Below, piece by piece: positions 57,662 through 64,000 of a stretch of DNA of 64,000 bases. The stretch is from positions 24,118,001 to 24,182,000 of the forward strand of contig JBHGNT010000004.1 in NCBI GenBank assembly GCA_043228905.1. Direction: 5' to 3'. The translations under genes and the position numbers were made by a program. A model generated the notes under the pieces. That model had not been told where the DNA came from, did no database searches, and saw only the letters and a program-made list of their open reading frames with translations. The DNA comes from Azolla caroliniana. Lineage: Eukaryota; Plantae; Polypodiophyta. Numbering within the stretch: position 1 is the stretch's first letter; the number at the start of each line of letters is the position of its first letter.

Positions 57662-58833
57662 AAGAATTTACCTCACTTCCAAGTACATGTTGGTAGCATA
57701 TTACTTCGTGTGACAATATTACTTCACGTGACAATAATGTACATAGGGCATGATGAAGAGCCCCAAGTTGAAACCGGGATCATCCCAAGCAAGAATGACG
57801 ATGTAACAGTAGGTAAACATTTGTCCCTTAACCTTAATCATTTGGCTAGGCGCCTTCACTTTTTCAAAATGTGAATTGATATTGTTCTTGGATCACTTTA
57901 CTGTTATTTAGGAGTAGAAGAGCATGTAGATTCACAAATACCATCAGATGATTCAGGCAGTTTATGGAGCAATCTTGATTATTCTAGCTCAGATGCTAAC
58001 ACACATGAGGAATGTGAGATCAGTCAAAAAGAGGAGCTGGAGTGTGAAAAGCCTGAGTTGACAAGCAACTTTGCAATGGAGTCTGTAGAGAATGTGAAAA
58101 TGACCCAAGGAGAGAATGAGGTGTGTGTCCAAAACACCACAAGCAGCCTTAATCTAGGGCAAGGATGTAACATTAAGGAGACCCCTACAACTACCCAAGA
58201 AGGAGAGTGTGGTACTACGAATGAGGTGTCTGTCCAAAATACTGCAAGTAGCTTGCACTTGGAGCACTCTAATAATGTGGTAGTGGTGTCTACCCAAGGA
58301 GAGGAACATGTTTGTACTCCTAATAATGTGGTAGTGGAAACTACCCAAGATGAGGAACATGTTAGTACTCCTAATAATGTGGTTGTGGAGCCAGAAAAGT
58401 TGAAGAATGACACGTCCAATGACCCCTAGGAGATTTCTGGTAAGACTATCGACCACATCTTCTTGGAAGTGTGTGCATCTCAGGCAGTTGCAACAGAGCA
58501 CACTGTTCCCTCCAGCTTGGCTTCACCCTCCGATGATGAGTTTCCGGTAAGTAGTTTACTACCTCGTGGTTTTAAGATGAAGAAGGGTGTGAAATCTGAG
58601 AAGAATGAAACCAAAAATAGGCGCATTACAAGATCTAGAAAAAACTAAAACCAAAGTTTATTGTATATTGATCGTTTTATGTAATTGATTAACGAACCTT
58701 GACACAATTTTTATTTACTAAGTCATTGATGGAAATCATCTTGACACCGTTTTAATTTATAGGAATGCTAAGTCATTGATTACCATCATCTTGACACAGT
58801 TTTAATTTACTTGTTATGCACACATGTCATGGT

Positions 58834-59250
58834 GACACAACTTTAGTACTAACGATAAGTTTATTGTATCTAGGTTGTTGTCTGTAATTGATAGGAACGT
58901 TAAGTTATTGTTTACCCTCATCGTGACATTGTTCTGGTTTACTTGTTATGCAAACATGTGATAGTGAGAAGATGAGTGATGAGTGATGAGTGTCACTACT
59001 TTGATACATATGTCTACGTTAGCAAACTCTTAACACAACTTTAGTACTAACGATAAGTTTATTGTATCTAGGTTGTTGTCTGTAATTGATAGGAATGTTA
59101 AGTTATTGTTTACCCTCATCGTGACATTGTTTTGGTTTACTTGTTATGCAAACATGTGACAGTGAGAAGATGAGTGATGCGTGATGAGTGACACTACTTT
59201 GATACATATGTCTACGTTAGCAAACTCTTAACACAGATTTAGTACTAACT
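58834..59250. repeat. ~199-bp tandem repeat x2, followed by short CATATG-rich repeats
   Basis: ACACAACTTTAGTACTAACGATAAG... occurs at ~58835 and ~59034. Confidence 0.8.
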
Positions 59251-59608
59251 TGATATGCATTCTACTAACTTTGATACATATGAACTCCTAAAGAGTTACA
59301 GGCACACATATGATACATATGAACTACTAAAGAGTTATAGGCACACATATGAACTACTAAAGAGTTATAGGAACACATATGAACTCTTAACTTTGATACA
59401 TATGAACAGTTACTCCTAACTTTGATACTAACGTAGGCTCCAAGCACTAGACACTTCATGTAAAAGAAACATACATATCTAAACCAAAGAGGAATATTGT
59501 TAGAAAACCCAAGATAAATATGAAAACCAGTTTTGATATATTTCCTTTCACGTGTAAGGCAGAGTTTGAATACATGCAAAAGTTACATTAGACACAACAC
59601 TTGCCATT

Positions 59609-62600
59609 CTAGGCATTAAAGAGGGAGACCTCCCCTAATATGTGTTCGTGTACCCCTTTGGGGACTTTGTAGACTGTGTTGTATCCCTTAACCTTGTGCT
59701 TTGCTTGAGTCATTTTGAACTTGATTGCGATAATGGCATCATCATAGATAATTGCGGTGGGTGCATCTTTTAACAATGCATATGTGTTCTTGCATTGTGG
59801 CAACTTTGCATAGTAGTTGCCATACACGACAGACTCACCAACATTGAACATGTTGCCCCAGCCATCCCTCACGACTTCTTCCAATATTGTATTTCCTTGC
59901 TTGCACACCACAATATAGTAGTCTTCAAAATCTTCATTCTGAGGAGATTTGAGCACTGCAAAATGATCTCCAATTTCCAATAATGTTGCCAAGACCTCAC
60001 ATTGGTTGTAGTAGACAATATTGTCTGAATGTTCGTTTTCTTGGATATTCACGTTGTCTTCTATCTCTAGCTTCTGTAGCTTCCATGGCTCCACAATTGA
60101 TAGATTGGTGCATTCATCCCAAGCTTCATCTAAACACATGGAACAAAAGCACGATAAACTGCAGAATAACAATTGTGTTGTGTCCTTGCAACTAAACCCT
60201 AAAACACAATGGGTCTTGCGCATCCCTTTCACAGTTTTACAACCATATGATTTACTGGACTATCCACCTCATTAGCACGAACCTCAATAAACAATCTATT
60301 CTTACCATCATTTGACATCTTCCATGTGAGCCACTCCACAACATCATGTGCATTTTGTAGCTTAACACCTTTATTATCCAACTGCTCCAATGTAAGAGCA
60401 CGCTTGATCACAACCCCCGCGCCATCGTGCTCTCCCTTTCCATGTCCAGACCCGAAGTAGTTCCATTGCATCCTAATGTTTGTCAATGAGAAATATCTGG
60501 GTGTTTTGCATGACGATTAGCCAACAAACATAATTAATTGCATGACTTAAACCATAATTATTACTTATACATGAGTGAACAATACTAATATTTGAATCAA
60601 TACAAATGAACAATAGAGGATAGCACTAAGTTATTGATTAGTACTGATGCACGAGAAAGGATAGTACTAAGTTGGAAATTAGTACTAACAAACGAGAGAG
60701 GGGAGTGGTAAGTTACTAATTAGTACTAATGCATGAGAGAGAATAGCCATAAGTTATAAGTTGGTCGTAATGTACAGAGTTGGAGAGTACTAAGTTATTA
60801 ATTAGTACTAATGCATGACAAAGGACAATCCTAAGTTATAAGTTGGTCTTAATGAACAAAGTTGGATAGTTCTAAGTTTGTAATTAGTACTAATGCATGA
60901 CAACGGACAATCCATAGTACTAAGTTGGTCTTAATGAACAAAGTAGGACAGTACTAAGTTAATGGATAGTACTAATGAACATGGTTGGATAGTACTAAGT
61001 TAATAATTAGTATTAATGAGAGAGAACAATCCTAAGTTATAAATTAGTACTAACGAACAAAGTTGAATATAGCTAAGTTATGAATTGGTACAAACATTAC
61101 TGAGAGGGGGCAATCCTAAGTTATAATTGAGTACTAGTGCATCACAGCGGACAATCCTAAGTTATAAATTGGTCTTAATGAAAAAAGTTGGACAATTCTA
61201 ATTGATTAATTAGTACTAATGCATGACTGTGGACAGTCCTAAGTTATAAGTTGGTCTTAATGAACAAAGTTTAACAGTACTAAGTTAATGGATAGTACTA
61301 ATGAACATGGTTGGATAGTACTAAGTTAATAATTAGTATTAATGAGAGAGAACAATCCTAAGTTATAAATTAGTACTAACGAACAAAGTTGATTATAGCT
61401 AAGTTACTCATTAGTACAAACATTACTGAGAGGGGGCAATCCTAAGTTATAATTTAGTACTTGTACATGTGCACCTTTGGGGACAATACTATGTTGTAAA
61501 TTACGGATACATTACAAGGCCTCAACCTTAATTAGTACTTGTACACGTAGGATGACAGTACTAACCTGTAAGTTAAGTTAACTTAACATTGTTATTACCA
61601 TAATCAGTACTAGTGAATCTAGGTGCATGTCATTCAGTATTTTATACAAACATTTCTAAGTACTATGGAGTATTACCAAAATAGACTTCCATTTATAAGT
61701 ACCAAACATATGGATTATTTCCTCACCTTGCAATGAAGTAGAAGGACTGGGCCGCCTTAAATTGCGAGGCAACACCATCAGACCAAACCCAATGCCGATT
61801 AAAGTTAACATCCAAGGACAATAAATCTGCATGGTGAAGCTTAAAACAATGTTGAAAAAATAACGTATCGTGCTTTTTATAATCTTAAATTGCGAGGCAA
61901 CACCATCAGACCAAACCCAATGCCGATTAAAGTTAACATCCAAGGACAATAAATCTGCATGGTGAAGCTTAAAACAATGTTGAAAAAATAACGTATCGTG
62001 CTTTTTATAATCTGAAATGTAGAATATTGATTTCTTATATAACTCACGGTCTTTTCTCCAGTAGCAAATATGTACAAGTATTGTACATTGGTCATTATAC
62101 CAATGCATTGATTGAACCTCATTTTCAACTTTAAATGTATAGTTCTCTGCAAAGTCAATAACGGATACTATAACATCTGGTGGTAAGTTATTTATACATT
62201 CCTTAAACTGTGAATTTTGCCAATAACTCCTAAAGTTATGTGGAATGAACTCCTCGAGTTGGTTCTTAAACTCTGAGACAAGGGTAGCAACACATGTCTC
62301 CTTATATACTTCCTTGATACGCTTACTAACAAGACCCTTATATTTTTTGTCACATACTCTAAATATTTCCATTTCACAATATGACAATTATCTACATCAA
62401 GCGCTTGTCTACAAAATGGTGGTTGTGGGCAAACTTTACATGTTCTTAGAAGACATGTACGATTATGCCACTCAGATGATGGTTGTTTTTCACAAACAAA
62501 AGACCTCCATATCTCAGAAACCGATGAATAAGTCATGTTTCGTGCATTACATCTATTATCACTCCCATTTGGTCTACATACCTCACAAGTGCAAACACAC

Positions 62601-63502
62601 CCATCCCCGTGTATACCCTTAGAATCAATATGCATATTGTACAGGCCAAGCCTTAACCTGTCCATTTTAATGTGGTACACACAACAACATGTGTTCCTCT
62701 CTTTTAACTTTCTAACAAAAAACGGTTTCAAACCTTGGAACTTGCGAAATCCAAGATTGATGTTAGGATGTTGGTCTTTGAAGTTCATGAACAATTCCCC
62801 CTACATCACTCAATAAATAACAAATGTTAATAGAATCCTTTAGTACAAAAAAATATTTAGAAACAAATAGATAAAAACAAAAGAATTGCCTCAGTCATCT
62901 CCAAGAAGTGTCTTGGGTGAATCTGGTACCTACCCCGACTTATACGTTGTCTACATACATCTTTTTTATTCGGTGAGACACGAGTGTTTTTTGTCCAAAA
63001 GCAATCCACTTTCTCAACAATCTCTTGAGAGAAGGCATCACATCGTCGTCTACAACCTAACCCCAACCACTCAAATTGATTTGACTGTATATTTGTTCGA
63101 TGCTTCCTCAAGTTTCTTCTTTGAATACCAAGGGCTAAGGCAACTTTAGTATCACTATATTTTTTTTTGGTTGTATCATTTACAACCATGTGAAGGGTTG
63201 CTCTTTTTGCTCTCTACCCCTTTCACTAAGTGTAGCGATGACTTCATAGACTCTACAATCTCCTCTGAAACACATTGGTCCCTAATCTTAATATTTTCCA
63301 TGCACTCATTCAAAAGTTGATGGTGTAACACTCTCGAGATAATATCCCTACGATCTTTCTTGGTAAATCTCTCAATTACTTCTAGTAAATAACGAACTAT
63401 GTGAAGAATCACCCGTCTCTTGGTCCTCTCAGACATAGAATTGCTACATGACAACTCACTCTCCTTGACATCTACCATTGCCACTCTCATGTATTCCAGC
63501 AC
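59609..63502 (-). pseudogene. Sola2-like transposase, intron-containing, frameshifted
   Basis: Motifs TCCCVYH, VIDFAENY...EVQSMHW, YISDYKKHD, WSDGVASQFK, NYFGSGHGKGEHDGAG and SCFCSMC. A 128-bp duplication lies at 61756-62011. Confidence 0.8.
60560..61670. repeat. AGTACT/CCTAAGTTATA-rich degenerate repeat tract inside a transposase intron
   Basis: Dozens of TAGTACTAA motifs between a minus-strand donor near 61725 and an acceptor near 60497. Confidence 0.75.
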
Positions 63503-63700
63503 CTAATTTCTTGTTATTTCAGTACCTAATTAACCACATCAACCAGTTTTCGAATAAACATGTACGATAATACCACACACATATATTCCTTTAACAAAAC
63601 AATACAATACTAAGAAAGACAACCATACCAATAGGCTAATATAAAAGTCAAGTTTCAGGTGTTATCCACAAGTGCCTAACATCAGTGGCAAAAGATTGTC

Positions 63701-64000
63701 ATTCTATTAAGATCGAGAAATTGACAATAATAATCATGATGATGATCTTTTCAGCATAAATAAATCTTCAAGTTTCCATTTCAAAGGATAATCAATAAAT
63801 ATTAAACCTTAAAAAACAGTTCTGAAATAACCAATGCTTAAAAAACAGTTCTGAAGGCATACCGAGGGAAGGAGACAACATACCAACATAAGAGTATCAT
63901 TCTATTAAGATCTAGAACTTGACAATAATAATCATGATGATGATGAAGACATTATCTTTTCAGCATAAATAAATCTTCAAGTTTCCATTTCAAAGGATAA
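63701..64000. repeat. ~200-bp direct repeat running off the window end
   Basis: TTCTATTAAGATC...CAGCATAAATAAATCTTCAAGTTTCCATTTCAAAGGATAA occurs at ~63701 and ~63900. Confidence 0.75.

Larger units (their letters stand above)
49366..58648 (+). pseudogene. Multi-exon cargo gene: unknown N-terminal domain, coiled coil, RING-H2 finger and acidic repeats; disrupted by stops and a Copia insertion
   Basis: ORF pieces 49485-49940 and 49971-50264 (heptad-like). Exon from 50472 reads CLFC-x15-CLHTYHLLC-x10-CLDC. Later acidic pieces lie at ~51630-51996 and 57667-58648. Joining them into one gene is inferred. Confidence 0.55.
47964..64000. mobile_element. Large degenerate Sola2-like DNA transposon; right end outside the window
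   Basis: Gypsy homology stops abruptly at ...GACATCA|GGGTCGAAGC. Shared TTAGTACTAA-rich sequence runs from ~48006 to 61700, and transposase fragments lie at 59609-63502. Only one end is visible, so TIR and TSD are unverified. Confidence 0.6.

Overview
Eukaryotic, transposon-dense DNA, most likely from a moss. This is inferred from Phygy-type Gypsy elements with a tRNA-Trp PBS and 4-bp TSDs, plus an intron-rich plant receptor kinase. The window holds one host gene, a ~19-exon LRR-VIII-1 (HPCA1/CARD1-like) receptor kinase on the minus strand at 24987-32376, flanked by two nested TE clusters. Left cluster: a Gypsy solo LTR with an internal 123-bp tandem array, a hAT-type MITE, two 5'-truncated LINEs and a full-length Gypsy (7210-22969) inserted in the second LINE. 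Inside that Gypsy's gag sits the main finding, an apparently intact 7,596-bp TIR DNA transposon (13283-20878; 37-bp TIRs, CTCC TSD). It carries an 890-aa Sola-like DDD transposase and, head-to-head, a six-exon ~969-aa gene encoding a ParB/Srx-like domain fused to a prokaryotic-type beta-class N6A/N4C DNA methyltransferase (DIPY ... PYQKP ... VLDLFSGTGTT). Right cluster: a MITE, a Copia fragment, a second Gypsy, an intact Tnt1-like Copia with apparently identical LTRs, and a large degenerate Sola2-like element. That element carries a coiled-coil/RING-H2 cargo gene and AGTACT-rich repeats, and is itself interrupted by a decayed Copia. All domain calls come from motif recognition by eye; no database search was run.
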